From positions 1-47,265 of the IMG/VR virus record IMGVR_UViG_3300011443_000007: a stretch of DNA of 47,265 nt; one strand, given 5' to 3'. The notes under the pieces were generated by a model. That model was not told the origin of the DNA, searched no databases, and saw only the letters and a list, made by a program, of their open reading frames with translations. Below are positions 1 through 9,061 of this stretch, in pieces (positions within the stretch are counted from its first letter, which is position 1; each line of letters begins with the position of its first letter). Both the position numbers and the translations under genes were made by a program. This DNA is from a virus (lineage: Duplodnaviria; Caudoviricetes).

Positions 1-123
1 CGACGAATACCGGCATCGTGTTCGCGTATCTGGCAAGCAAGTGGCGTGAAGTAGCGAGGACTTAACATGGCGATTGACTGGGGCAAGCTGTTTGAAAAGA
101 ATCTCCCGACCGGCCTCATGGCG
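1..123. repeat. 123-bp direct repeat identical to 47143-47265 (circular overlap)
   Basis: CGACGAATACC...CCTCATGGCG is present at both window ends, and ORFs continue across the junction. Confidence 0.95.
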
Positions 124-903
124 GGCCTGAGCCTGCTCGGGGGTGATGAAACTGACCAGCCCACCGATATGCGGGCCGACTACCGCGGGACGGGTGCGGA
201 TGGCGTCCGAACGATGACGAACCACATCGGGGCGATCGAGAACCTGATGAAGGGAATCCAATCCCGGGGGCCCGCCACGCTCGGGAACTATGACAAAGCT
301 GGACAGAGGCTCGACCTCAACAACCAGCCGACGGGTGAGGTGGGGAAGGCCCAATCCCCCGCAAGCTCATTCCCCGACATCTTCGGCTCACTTGGCCGGG
401 TCGCGCAGTCGCGCGCCCCTCTCGCATCGTCGGTGAACCCGACCCAGGCGACGAACGAGGCTGAGCTGAACCAGATGAACGCCAATCTCAAAGGCGAGCA
501 GTGGTATCAGGACTTCTTCAACCAGCAAGGGATCAACCCGAACAAGGTCAAGCTCTCCGACACGCAACGGGAGCAGCTTACCCAGATCGCCGCGATGAAT
601 GGGATCAAACTCGGTGATAGGATGAAGTTCGACCAAGCCGGGAACATGAACCAGAAGGGTGGATGGGCTGGAATGAGCCCGTTGATGAAAACCCTCCTCG
701 GCGGTGCAGCCGCCGTCGGCACGCTCGGTATCGCGGCTCCGGGAGCATTCGGGGCGCTCGGTGGATTGCTCGGTGGTGGTGGTGGATCCGCCGCTGCTGG
801 TGGGGCTGGATCGGCTGTTGCTAATCAAGCTCTGAGTGGCGGATCGGAGTTTCTGGTGGATCAGTTCGCCAACAAAACCCGTCGGCGGAATCCAAGAGGT
901 TAA
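67..903 (+). CDS. Gly/Ala-rich putative internal virion (ejection) protein
   Basis: GAGG RBS; follows the tail genes; hydrophobic Gly/Ala-rich C-terminal segment; TAATG overlap with the next gene. Confidence 0.5.
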   Translation: MAIDWGKLFEKNLPTGLMAGLSLLGGDETDQPTDMRADYRGTGADGVRTMTNHIGAIENLMKGIQSRGPATLGNYDKAGQRLDLNNQPTGEVGKAQSPASSFPDIFGSLGRVAQSRAPLASSVNPTQATNEAELNQMNANLKGEQWYQDFFNQQGINPNKVKLSDTQREQLTQIAAMNGIKLGDRMKFDQAGNMNQKGGWAGMSPLMKTLLGGAAAVGTLGIAAPGAFGALGGLLGGGGGSAAAGGAGSAVANQALSGGSEFLVDQFANKTRRRNPRG

Positions 904-2165
904 TGATGGCAACACTCCGCAATCCCTACGCAGGTTACGAGGACGACTACAACCAGATGCCGGAGACGGATCCCAGTGGGGGGATGCCGCAACAGCCGGC
1001 TCAGCCCGAGGCACAGGCTCCCGAGCCCGCACCCCTCCCACAAGCCCCGATTGTGACGGGAGCCCCTGCTCCCCAGCAAGCCGGGGGATGGGACCTGGAA
1101 CGCTTCAGGAAAGAATGGACCGCGCCGGGGATCGGGTCGAAAGTCGGTGCGGGTGAGCTGCAAAAGTTCATCGCTGACCATCCCGAATTCACTCAGGGAG
1201 CCACACTGAGCAAGTCCGGTGACGCGCTGTTTAAGGATGGCAAATTCGTCGCGGATCTGATCGCCGATGTCGGAGGCAAAAACACTCGCGGGTTTCTTGA
1301 CCACATCGGATCGAACGGCAAAGCCCGACCCCCGAAGGCTCCGAAGGCTCCGAAGGGTGGTATCAACCCGCCCGGTCCGGGAAATCTCCCGAAAGCTCCC
1401 GCTGGTCCTGCCGCGGGGCCTGCACCCGGCCCAACAGCGGCTCCGGGCCTAACTCCAGCTCCGAGCTTGACCCCGGATGTAGAATCGAACCAAGCGAAGA
1501 TCATGGAAACGCTCAAAGCTCTGATGGGCGATGGCGGGTTCAACTCCGGCGCGGTGACGGCCCGGATCAGCGCCGCGGATGACGCCCTTAACCGAGGCCG
1601 GAAATCCCGCCTTGCGACCAACAGGGCCGCCCTTGCCGAACGCGGCTTGCTCGGCTCGGGGGCCGAGACTAGCTCGCAGAACCGGATGGAAGGCGACTTG
1701 TACGACTCCTACGCGGGAGCCGTCCGGGACATCCACACCAACGAGTCCGAACAGGCCGATGCCCGGAAGATGCAGGCCATCCAAACCGCTACGGGGATGA
1801 CCGCTGAGCAGGCCCGGAACATCGTTGACCAGTTCAATGCCACCACCGGGCGGATCGGCACGGAAGGGAACCTTGCCCTCGGTAAAGGCCGTCTCGGCCT
1901 GGATACCGAACTCGGTCGGGGCAACCTAGCCCTCGGCAACAAGCGCCTGTCCCTCGATGAGCTCCTCGGCAAGGGGCAGCTTTCTCTTGGCAATCGCAAC
2001 GCCGGGATCCAGGAACGGCTCGGGCAAGGCAATCTCGACCTCGGCTGGGGGAACCTCAACCTAAACCGCGACCAGTATTTGAGCGGTGAGTCAAACCAAG
2101 ACTACGACCGGATGATCGAACTCCTTAAACTTTACGGAAACGCTGCTAACACCACAGGACGATAA
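903..2165 (+). CDS. Putative ejection/DNA-pilot protein with Pro-rich linkers and 18-aa GxLxLG repeats
   Basis: Position after the tail genes; helical Q/A/R-rich middle; repeats GNLALGKGRLGLDTELGR / GNLALGNKRLSLDELLGK / GQLSLGNRNAGIQERLGQ. Confidence 0.55.
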   Translation: MMATLRNPYAGYEDDYNQMPETDPSGGMPQQPAQPEAQAPEPAPLPQAPIVTGAPAPQQAGGWDLERFRKEWTAPGIGSKVGAGELQKFIADHPEFTQGATLSKSGDALFKDGKFVADLIADVGGKNTRGFLDHIGSNGKARPPKAPKAPKGGINPPGPGNLPKAPAGPAAGPAPGPTAAPGLTPAPSLTPDVESNQAKIMETLKALMGDGGFNSGAVTARISAADDALNRGRKSRLATNRAALAERGLLGSGAETSSQNRMEGDLYDSYAGAVRDIHTNESEQADARKMQAIQTATGMTAEQARNIVDQFNATTGRIGTEGNLALGKGRLGLDTELGRGNLALGNKRLSLDELLGKGQLSLGNRNAGIQERLGQGNLDLGWGNLNLNRDQYLSGESNQDYDRMIELLKLYGNAANTTGR

Positions 2166-2167
2166 CA

Positions 2168-2743
2168 ATGGCAAGAGCTAAAGAAGTAGATCAATACGGT
2201 AACGAGATCGAGGAAATCGGTGGAGGGGATCCCTCCTCAAACCTCCCCGCGGGTGTCGAATACGCTGGTGGGCCTGGGATGAGCCCGGCACCGGATGACT
2301 CCGAGTTGGTTGACCCGCTTGTTGACCTCGGCGGATCCGGCGCAGCCGGGAGTGAATCGCCTCGTGATCGCGGTGGGCTCGGAAGCGCCGATACCGGATC
2401 ACGTGGGCATGAAGGCCCCCGTGATCGGGGTCGCAAACGTCCGCCGACGATCAACCCACCCGCTGCTCCAAGGCCGGAAGATCCCCCGATGGTTCCGGGG
2501 CCCCCGGGTGGTCCTTCTGGAGCACCGCCTCAGTCTCCCGAACCCAATCCCCAGCCGGGTAGACCCGGGTCTGTTGATCCCCCATCTTCTCCGGTGTTCG
2601 GTGGCTCGTCCAAGCGTCGCGCCCCGGCACTGTTCGGCTCGATGGGCGGCTTGCAGGGCGGCGGGCTTGGTGTCCCGATGGAAGCCAGCACGGGTGATGA
2701 ATCCGATCCGATGGCCCTGCTGAAGAAACTGATGGGAGAGTAA
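2168..2743 (+). CDS. Pro/Gly-rich disordered protein, probably internal virion
   Basis: Tight packing in the operon; low-complexity composition. Confidence 0.5.
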   Translation: MARAKEVDQYGNEIEEIGGGDPSSNLPAGVEYAGGPGMSPAPDDSELVDPLVDLGGSGAAGSESPRDRGGLGSADTGSRGHEGPRDRGRKRPPTINPPAAPRPEDPPMVPGPPGGPSGAPPQSPEPNPQPGRPGSVDPPSSPVFGGSSKRRAPALFGSMGGLQGGGLGVPMEASTGDESDPMALLKKLMGE

Positions 2744-2744
2744 C

Positions 2745-3956
2745 GTGGCAAAGCTGCGTCGTCTTGGCAATATCGCGGAGATGTTCCTCAGAACCCATCT
2801 CGCCGATCGCGCGAATGAGCAGGAATCGGAGCGCGTGAAGCAACGGCAGTTGGAGGTCGCGGGCTATAACCGTGACGCCATCGCGCAACAGGCTGAACAG
2901 GATCGAATCAAGGAATTCCTCTCAGCAGGGTTGAAGGATCCCAAGCAGTTCGAACTGATGGACCGCGCCGGAATGATGATGGGGGATATCGCCCCCAAGT
3001 CCTTCCGACCAGCGGATGAGAAGATCCTCGCCCAGCTCGGGGCGGGGTATGCCACGGCGAAGGAAGATGAACTCCCGACAGACCTGGGGATCGAAAACCA
3101 ACTCCGCACCCAATGGGGTGGTGAGGAGATGGCGAAGAATCCCAACAACCTCCTCCCACTGATGAATGCCCGGGATTCCCGTCAAGCGTCTCTTGAGGGC
3201 CTTGCTACGACTCAGGCGGAGCGGAAGGGTGAGGAATCGCGCCTCACAGCCTACGGAACCGCCACGGGGAATGAACAAGCCGATGCCGAGAACTTCCCCG
3301 CTAAGCTTGAACGGGACTTGGAAGCCTATCGGCAACAAAGCCCCCTCGAAGCCCAACGTGCCGGGATGACGGCGGGAGCTAGTGCTGCGGCTCAGCAACC
3401 GTATCAGATCCAAATGGAGCGGCTTCGCCAGGCTGATCGTCTGGAGATGGAGAAAGTCAAGCGCGCCGATGAACGTGCCAAGCTTCCTCCGGGACTGGCT
3501 GAGAGAGTCGCGGGAGCGGATAGCTCCCTCGATGTCCTTGATGAGCTTGAGTTACTCTTCAACACCAAGGACGTAAGCTCGATGGTCGGACCAGCTGAAG
3601 GCCGCGCACGGGCACTCGCACAAGCCGTGCCGATCCTCCCGACAGATCCATCCTTCAATACCTTCCTCGCCAACGAAGCGACACTGACCAACTCGATGAT
3701 CAAATCGATCACCGGCGCTCAGATGTCCGAACCCGAAGCGAAACGGATCATGAGGCAGATCCCCTCCCACAAGGATAAGCCCGAAGTCTGGGCCGCAAAA
3801 GCCCGGGCGACGAGGGAAAACTCCATCATGCTTCGGAACAAGATCATCGAAATGAGCGGGTCTACCCTCCCCTTGACTGAGATGCCGGCTGAGCAAGCAC
3901 CCCCAGCCCCCAACCCACGTCTTGAAGCCGCCCGCGCTAAACTGAGGGCACGATAA
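2745..3956 (+). CDS. Alpha-helical putative ejection protein
   Basis: GTG start after GGAG; coiled-coil-like; C-terminal ITGAQMSEPEAKR segment of a kind seen in podovirus internal proteins. Confidence 0.55.
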   Translation: MAKLRRLGNIAEMFLRTHLADRANEQESERVKQRQLEVAGYNRDAIAQQAEQDRIKEFLSAGLKDPKQFELMDRAGMMMGDIAPKSFRPADEKILAQLGAGYATAKEDELPTDLGIENQLRTQWGGEEMAKNPNNLLPLMNARDSRQASLEGLATTQAERKGEESRLTAYGTATGNEQADAENFPAKLERDLEAYRQQSPLEAQRAGMTAGASAAAQQPYQIQMERLRQADRLEMEKVKRADERAKLPPGLAERVAGADSSLDVLDELELLFNTKDVSSMVGPAEGRARALAQAVPILPTDPSFNTFLANEATLTNSMIKSITGAQMSEPEAKRIMRQIPSHKDKPEVWAAKARATRENSIMLRNKIIEMSGSTLPLTEMPAEQAPPAPNPRLEAARAKLRAR

Positions 3957-4822
3957 TGGCCGACACACGACTTACCCCTGAGGATATCGAACTCCTCGTC
4001 GAAGCTGGGGATATCACCCAGGACAACATGGCGGACCTCCTCCCGGACATGCGGGACGCTCACATCGCGATCAACGCGATGCAGAAGTATGGCCAAGATC
4101 CGATGGGAGCCGAAAGCACCGCCGCTGTAATGGGCGGCGGGCTCGCGTCGAAGCTTGTTGCTCCCGCGATCGGCAAAGCTACCGGTGCGATGAAGAACAT
4201 CACCTCCGGCATGGGCGGGTTGAAAGGCACTGCGGCCCAGATGGGCGTCGATGCCATCGGGCAATCCCTCGGCCTGCCGTGGTATATCACCGGCCCGATC
4301 TCCGCGAAGGTCGGGGGGATGTTCAACAAAGGCCCCGTGTCCGGGCCCAAACCCGCCCCTAGTAGGCACGCAGCGCCCAAGAAGCCTTCCAACCTAATCC
4401 GGCAAGGCAACGTCACCAATCCCGGTCCAGGTGGCACAGGAAGCCCGTCAACGCCCTCTAAAGGGGCTAAGACAACTTGGAACCAGGACCCATCCGAGAC
4501 TCCCAAGCCCTCCGTAGAGAGACGATCCCCCGGCGGGGAACGCTTTGTTCGCCCGAATGTATCCCCTGCGGCTGTGGAAGGGTTCAACAAGCGCCACGAT
4601 GAGCTCCTCGACAAATTCGGGGGCACGAAGGGGAAAGCCGTCGGGGTCAGGAGCCCGGATAAGGCCCATTCCGGGAGTGGGTTGAAACGCCAGAGCCCCA
4701 CTGAGGACTTCGATGAGGCCGATAAGCGTGAAGTGATGTTCGGCGGTGCCGGGGATATGTCCAAGCCAAAGGATCGGGGCCCGATCAAGAAAGCTCGCGT
4801 GGTGCGTCGTCGTGCCAAGTAA
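3956..4822 (+). CDS. Putative internal virion protein (Gly-rich helices, basic disordered C-terminus)
   Basis: TAATG coupling to the upstream gene; composition. Confidence 0.5.
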   Translation: MADTRLTPEDIELLVEAGDITQDNMADLLPDMRDAHIAINAMQKYGQDPMGAESTAAVMGGGLASKLVAPAIGKATGAMKNITSGMGGLKGTAAQMGVDAIGQSLGLPWYITGPISAKVGGMFNKGPVSGPKPAPSRHAAPKKPSNLIRQGNVTNPGPGGTGSPSTPSKGAKTTWNQDPSETPKPSVERRSPGGERFVRPNVSPAAVEGFNKRHDELLDKFGGTKGKAVGVRSPDKAHSGSGLKRQSPTEDFDEADKREVMFGGAGDMSKPKDRGPIKKARVVRRRAK

Positions 4823-5030
4823 TGAGATCCTCATCGCCGCTGCTGGGGCTGTCGGCACCTGGGCCGTCTGGGTTTCCAAGACCGTCAACACCCATCACGC
4901 TGTCATCGAGAAGCTAGATAAACTCGTCGATCTACTCATCGAGGAGCGCCTTGCCCAAGCTGCTGATCAAGACCGGCGTCAAGCCGAAGAGCCTGACTAT
5001 CGCCGCGGCGGTTATAAACACCGTTACTGA
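4812..5030 (+). CDS. Putative holin (one TM segment plus coiled coil; start uncertain)
   Basis: ILIAAAGAVGTWAVWV hydrophobic stretch, immediately upstream of and overlapping the endolysin. Confidence 0.4.
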   Translation: MPSNEILIAAAGAVGTWAVWVSKTVNTHHAVIEKLDKLVDLLIEERLAQAADQDRRQAEEPDYRRGGYKHRY

Positions 5031-5253
5031 GGGCGGGTTCGGGTTCGATCCGGTGATCACATCCGGGAACGACTCCAAGCACATGGCCGGGAGTAAGCAC
5101 TACACTCATAATGCGCTGGATATCCGAACGTCGAACATCCCCCCCGCAAGCCGGGAAGGGTTCAAAGCGGCGCTCAAGCAACGGCTCGGGACTGACTATG
5201 ACCTAATCGATGAGGGTGATCACATTCACCTTGAATACGACCCCAAAGCGTGA
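4951..5253 (+). CDS. Endolysin, peptidase M15 (Zn DD-peptidase/Hedgehog fold)
   Basis: ITSG..., SKHYTHNALD (H-x6-D) and DHIHLE Zn-binding motifs. Confidence 0.8.
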   Translation: MPKLLIKTGVKPKSLTIAAAVINTVTEGGFGFDPVITSGNDSKHMAGSKHYTHNALDIRTSNIPPASREGFKAALKQRLGTDYDLIDEGDHIHLEYDPKA

Positions 5254-5259
5254 TATAAT
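5231..5259 (+). promoter_or_regulatory. Sigma70-type promoter, TTGAAT-N17-TATAAT with extended TG
   Basis: Sequence match; ATG at 5270 lies 10 nt downstream. Confidence 0.65.
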
Positions 5260-5269
5260 CACCGATACA

Positions 5270-6034
5270 ATGGAAAAATTCATCGCCCTGTTTGATCTCC
5301 ACTACGGCTACGAGAACCGGGGTGGGCACAAGGTCAGTCTCCACGATCCAAAGGCACTCAGCGTGGCGACTCAGTTCATGAAAGACTTCCGCCCCGATCA
5401 CGTCATTCTCGGCGGGGATATGCTCGATTGCGGCGCGGTGAGTCATCACAACAAGGGCAAGTCGGGGCAGGTAGAGGGGCTCCGTTTATTCGCCGATGCG
5501 AAGGAGTTACGTGAAGTATTACTCAACCCCATCGAAGGGCTTAAAACCAAGTCCCTCACGTATCACATCGGTAATCACGAGGACTGGCTCAACCAGCTCA
5601 CCGATGAAACCCCAGGACTCAAAGGCATCGTCGAAGCTGAGAACCTTCTGGCGCTGGATAAGTGGAAGGTGATCCCCCAAGGCGAGCACTCCAAGCTCGG
5701 TAAGCTCGTCTTTGTCCACGGCGATCAAGTCAAGGGAGGCGAGCATGTGGCAAAAGCTGCGACAGTTAATTGGGAAGCGAATATCCGCTTTGGGCATCAT
5801 CACACCTTCCAGCTCTACACCAAAACGAGTCCGAAAGACGCTAACGGCCATACCGGTATGTCTGTGCCTTGTCTGTGCCGGAAGGGACCCTCGTACGGTA
5901 AAGGCGCTCCCAATCGATGGATGCAAGGATTCCTCTGGGGGTATGTGAATGGGCCTGAGGGCCTCTTCAACGACTATGCGACGATCATCGTAAACGGGAA
6001 AGCGATCATCAACGGTAAGACATACAAAGGATAA
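5270..6034 (+). CDS. Calcineurin-like metallophosphoesterase
   Basis: DLH, GGD, GNHE, HG and GHHH motifs in canonical order. Confidence 0.85.
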   Translation: MEKFIALFDLHYGYENRGGHKVSLHDPKALSVATQFMKDFRPDHVILGGDMLDCGAVSHHNKGKSGQVEGLRLFADAKELREVLLNPIEGLKTKSLTYHIGNHEDWLNQLTDETPGLKGIVEAENLLALDKWKVIPQGEHSKLGKLVFVHGDQVKGGEHVAKAATVNWEANIRFGHHHTFQLYTKTSPKDANGHTGMSVPCLCRKGPSYGKGAPNRWMQGFLWGYVNGPEGLFNDYATIIVNGKAIINGKTYKG

Positions 6035-6038
6035 GAAC

Positions 6039-6125
6039 ATGAAAAGCTGGCTCAAAAGAATGCTCGCAAAAGCTGGTAAATGGATCCTGGAAAAGGCAAA
6101 GGAAGAAGCCAAGGAACGGCTCTAA
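6039..6125 (+). CDS. 28-aa cationic amphipathic peptide (MKSWLKRMLAKAGKWILEKAKEEAKERL)
   Basis: Fills the intergenic gap; AAGGA RBS; TAATG overlap with the next gene; not in the ORF track. Confidence 0.6.
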   Translation: MKSWLKRMLAKAGKWILEKAKEEAKERL

Positions 6126-6451
6126 TGAGCCCGTCATCCAAACCCTTCGTGGAAGTCAGTTGGTGGGACGCTGAGGACTACCACACGTCCGGTTGGGCTA
6201 CCCAGGAGGAAACGGAGGACTTTACCAAGAAAGCCTGCCTCATCATCACCCGAGGCTGGCTTGTCTATCGATCCAAGCACTACGTAAGTCTCGCCCGCGA
6301 TCTCGCCCTCACCGGCGAACCGTATTGGGGCGGAGTGATCAAGATCCCGAAGAAGATGATTGTGGGCCCAATAGTGGTCCTGCCTCTTCCAGGGCCGGTG
6401 GGAGGGCCTACTCCCCCCGCATCATCTCTTGACATTCCGCCTCAATCGTGA
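6125..6451 (+). CDS. Phage protein of unknown function (VxWxDA...GW...GWL...IP type)
   Basis: Motif pattern common in small phage proteins; coupled start. Confidence 0.6.
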   Translation: MSPSSKPFVEVSWWDAEDYHTSGWATQEETEDFTKKACLIITRGWLVYRSKHYVSLARDLALTGEPYWGGVIKIPKKMIVGPIVVLPLPGPVGGPTPPASSLDIPPQS

Positions 6452-6457
6452 TATAAT
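6429..6457 (+). promoter_or_regulatory. Consensus sigma70 promoter, TTGACA-N17-TATAAT with extended TG
   Basis: Perfect consensus. Confidence 0.85.
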
Positions 6458-6503
6458 CCCCACATACCCCCCATCTTGGGGGTCACGCTCACTCCCCGAT
6501 GGT

Positions 6504-6530
6504 GGCCGGCTCAATGGGCCGGCCTTTTTT
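6504..6530 (+). terminator. Intrinsic terminator
   Basis: GGCCGGC/GCCGGCC stem followed by TTTTTT. Confidence 0.8.
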
Positions 6531-6549
6531 GTATGTAAAGGGCACTCGT

Positions 6550-7287
6550 ATGAAAAAGCTTCGCTACCTGCTGCTGTCCCTCCTGTTGGCCTTGGCTGTT
6601 GGATGTGCTGGACATAAGGTCCCGGTTACTGTGGTGGAAAACCTCGCCCCAGGCTACCTTGCCGCAATCAGGCCAGTCCAGTATCTTGGTGAGGGCGGCC
6701 AGTCCCTCCGCAATGGGTGTACCGCGAGCTCGATTAACCGCGACGAACACCTTTGGATCACCGCCTTTCACTGCGTGGCCGAAGGGGAGATGTTCATCCA
6801 AGCTAGCCCTGCCTTTCTTGTCGAAGGCGACAAGACCACCGACATCGCCGTGATCAGCGTCCCCAACTACACCGCGGGTGGGCAGATCCCGCTCGCCACG
6901 GTCGGCCCCAAGTGGCTTGAGCACATCATCATCGCCGGGCACCCGTTCGGGTATGAGGACATCTTCGTCACCCAAGGCTGGGTCGCCAACCCGAAGGCAT
7001 TCGTTGATGGGATCGAAGGGGTCGCCTTCATGGTGTTCAACGTCGCCGCAGCGCCTGGTAACAGCGGGAGCCCGGTCCTAAACTTGAAGGGGGAGATGGT
7101 ATCGATCCTCCAGATCGGCTGGAGCCGGGACTTCAGCCCGGTTAGTGCTGGAGCGCCCTTCGCAAACCTGGAATGGTACAAGCGATACTTCAGCGCACCG
7201 GCCTTTTCCACAAAAGGCCCGATGAGCTTGGAAGAAATTGAAAATTGGCAACCGGGTAATGATTGGGGCTGGAACGGGAACAAGTAA
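6550..7287 (+). CDS. Trypsin-like (PA clan) serine protease, lipoprotein
   Basis: Signal MKKLRYLLLSLLLALAVG-C with lipobox; triad motifs TAFHC, TDIAV, GNSGSP. Confidence 0.85.
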   Translation: MKKLRYLLLSLLLALAVGCAGHKVPVTVVENLAPGYLAAIRPVQYLGEGGQSLRNGCTASSINRDEHLWITAFHCVAEGEMFIQASPAFLVEGDKTTDIAVISVPNYTAGGQIPLATVGPKWLEHIIIAGHPFGYEDIFVTQGWVANPKAFVDGIEGVAFMVFNVAAAPGNSGSPVLNLKGEMVSILQIGWSRDFSPVSAGAPFANLEWYKRYFSAPAFSTKGPMSLEEIENWQPGNDWGWNGNK

Positions 7288-7312
7288 CAATGAGTCAGTG
7301 GGGAAGGAAGCG

Positions 7313-7522
7313 ATGGACGAAGCCATTATACATCTCAACAACGTGCTTGACCGCCTTGCGCGGTGGCAGGCAGGTGAAGAGGAAGTCACCCCGGAGACTC
7401 TTACCCTGGTGGAAGAAGATATCCGCACAGCGATTGATCTTATTACCCAAACCACATCGCAAATGGGGCCGATGACGGGGAGGATGAATTCCCGGTTACG
7501 GACCCCAACTATGGGGGGCTAA
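7313..7522 (+). CDS. Small hypothetical protein
   Basis: GGAAGG RBS; helical composition. Confidence 0.4.
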   Translation: MDEAIIHLNNVLDRLARWQAGEEEVTPETLTLVEEDIRTAIDLITQTTSQMGPMTGRMNSRLRTPTMGG

Positions 7523-7548
7523 GGCTTCGCCCGCCCCCCGGCCTTTAG

Positions 7549-8670
7549 TTAGGCCAATTCCGCGAACCACTCCCTCCCACAGGCTTTCTCAACCTCATTC
7601 CACATCCGGGAGAACACCCCGCCTGGGGTGTGGAACACAACCCCGCAACAAGTCCCCCTCGCGCTCCCTGCCATCATCCTTGCCTGGGCGGGGTTGGAGA
7701 GCGTCGATCCACCTTTTGTAGGATCAGATGGGTCCGCGAACTTCTGGGGCTCACCTTGTAGGAGAGCCTTACCACGATACCGATACTCTGGGTGGGCCGT
7801 GGCGACCAGATCCGCGCAATACTTAAACCCCTCCGCATTGTGCCCATCACGCGGGCTATGAAAGTCATGCATCCTCTCCCAACCTGGGACGGGACGAAGC
7901 TCATTACCAAGCTTGTCATTATACGACCCGCCGCTGAACGCAACCCCCGTCGGTTCCGGGAAGGCGTTCGGGTTATCCGTCGCGTTGGAGTGAGCATACG
8001 GCTCATTGACAAGCTCGCCAAGGGTGTTGGATGACTGCCGAAGGGCTACCAGGACCTTGTTGTAATGCGCGACTTGTGTCGCTTGGCCCGGCATGACAAT
8101 CTGAGTATCAGCGAACACGGTGAAGTAGACATACAAGCCGTAGTAGGAACACAACGCGAAGAAGTTGGGGAGCTCATCGTAGTAACGATCCCCGTACTCC
8201 TGGGGATACCAGTGCGAGAAGCTCGACACCATGCCGATAACGCGCACACAATTCGCGCCCATCGCTGATCGCTCTGCCAGTAACGGGCGGATGTCCTCCC
8301 CATCGAGGAACCGCTTGTAGAGGAGAAAGTCCGTGACCCCCTTCATAAACCATCGCCCGTCCTCGGTGCGGAGATCATGGCCTTCAACCCAGACCCGCTT
8401 GAGCGGGGCCCTGAGCAACGTGATGGTCATGTCATCCCCGTTGAGCGCATCGACAGCAAGAGGCTGGTAGGCCGGCTTGACATCGGATGTGTTCACCCAC
8501 AGGGTGTAGGGCCGCTCTGGGAAATACGGCACGGGCCAGCCGGTGTTCCCGGCATCGTCCGTGGACACGTCGAAGAACGCACTGTCGCTGTCCTGGCCCT
8601 GCTCGGCGATTCGGATACGGATATCAGGCAGAGCCTCCCCGATCGGCCCGCGGACCTTAATTTGACTCAT
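7549..8670 (-). CDS. Clan GH-A (GH5-like) glycoside hydrolase with small N-terminal beta-sandwich
   Basis: GANCVRV, GLYVYFTVF, ELVNEP (acid/base Glu) and QGEP (candidate nucleophile) TIM-barrel pattern. Confidence 0.65.
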   Translation of the reverse strand: MSQIKVRGPIGEALPDIRIRIAEQGQDSDSAFFDVSTDDAGNTGWPVPYFPERPYTLWVNTSDVKPAYQPLAVDALNGDDMTITLLRAPLKRVWVEGHDLRTEDGRWFMKGVTDFLLYKRFLDGEDIRPLLAERSAMGANCVRVIGMVSSFSHWYPQEYGDRYYDELPNFFALCSYYGLYVYFTVFADTQIVMPGQATQVAHYNKVLVALRQSSNTLGELVNEPYAHSNATDNPNAFPEPTGVAFSGGSYNDKLGNELRPVPGWERMHDFHSPRDGHNAEGFKYCADLVATAHPEYRYRGKALLQGEPQKFADPSDPTKGGSTLSNPAQARMMAGSARGTCCGVVFHTPGGVFSRMWNEVEKACGREWFAELA

Positions 8671-9061
8671 TCTCTATCTCCTTCTGAAGGTTAGCCAAGG
8701 CCCGCCACGCGGCTTTAGCACTGTGCCGAACCCCGTCACTATCCAGTTTGCCCCTCTCCAGCAAGTGCCTCCCACACGCGTCAGCTTCGTCCTGGGACTT
8801 CGATCTATCCCAGTGAAGGGGTGTGCCTGGGTTATGCTGCTCGTTGCCCTTGTAGGAGCAGTAGGCCACCTCCAGGAGGGCATCGGGGAAGTAGTCCAGC
8901 ACTCCTGTCACCAATGGCCGTTCCTTCCGCCACTTCGCATCCTTGATCACCTTCCTTGGGCGTTGGGTCAAACCCGCGGCGACATCCCCCAACCGGTGTA
9001 GCTCACACACCCACCCAGCTCCCTCATCACATCCGCACGGTTGGGCGCTATTATTCTCCAA
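8657..9061 (-). CDS. dATP/dGTP diphosphohydrolase-like (DUF5664-type); start uncertain
   Basis: YFPDALLEVA..S.KGNEQH...LHWDR.KS...RHL...D.DG.RH...AWRALA pattern. Confidence 0.75.
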   Translation of the reverse strand: MENNSAQPCGCDEGAGWVCELHRLGDVAAGLTQRPRKVIKDAKWRKERPLVTGVLDYFPDALLEVAYCSYKGNEQHNPGTPLHWDRSKSQDEADACGRHLLERGKLDSDGVRHSAKAAWRALANLQKEIENESN

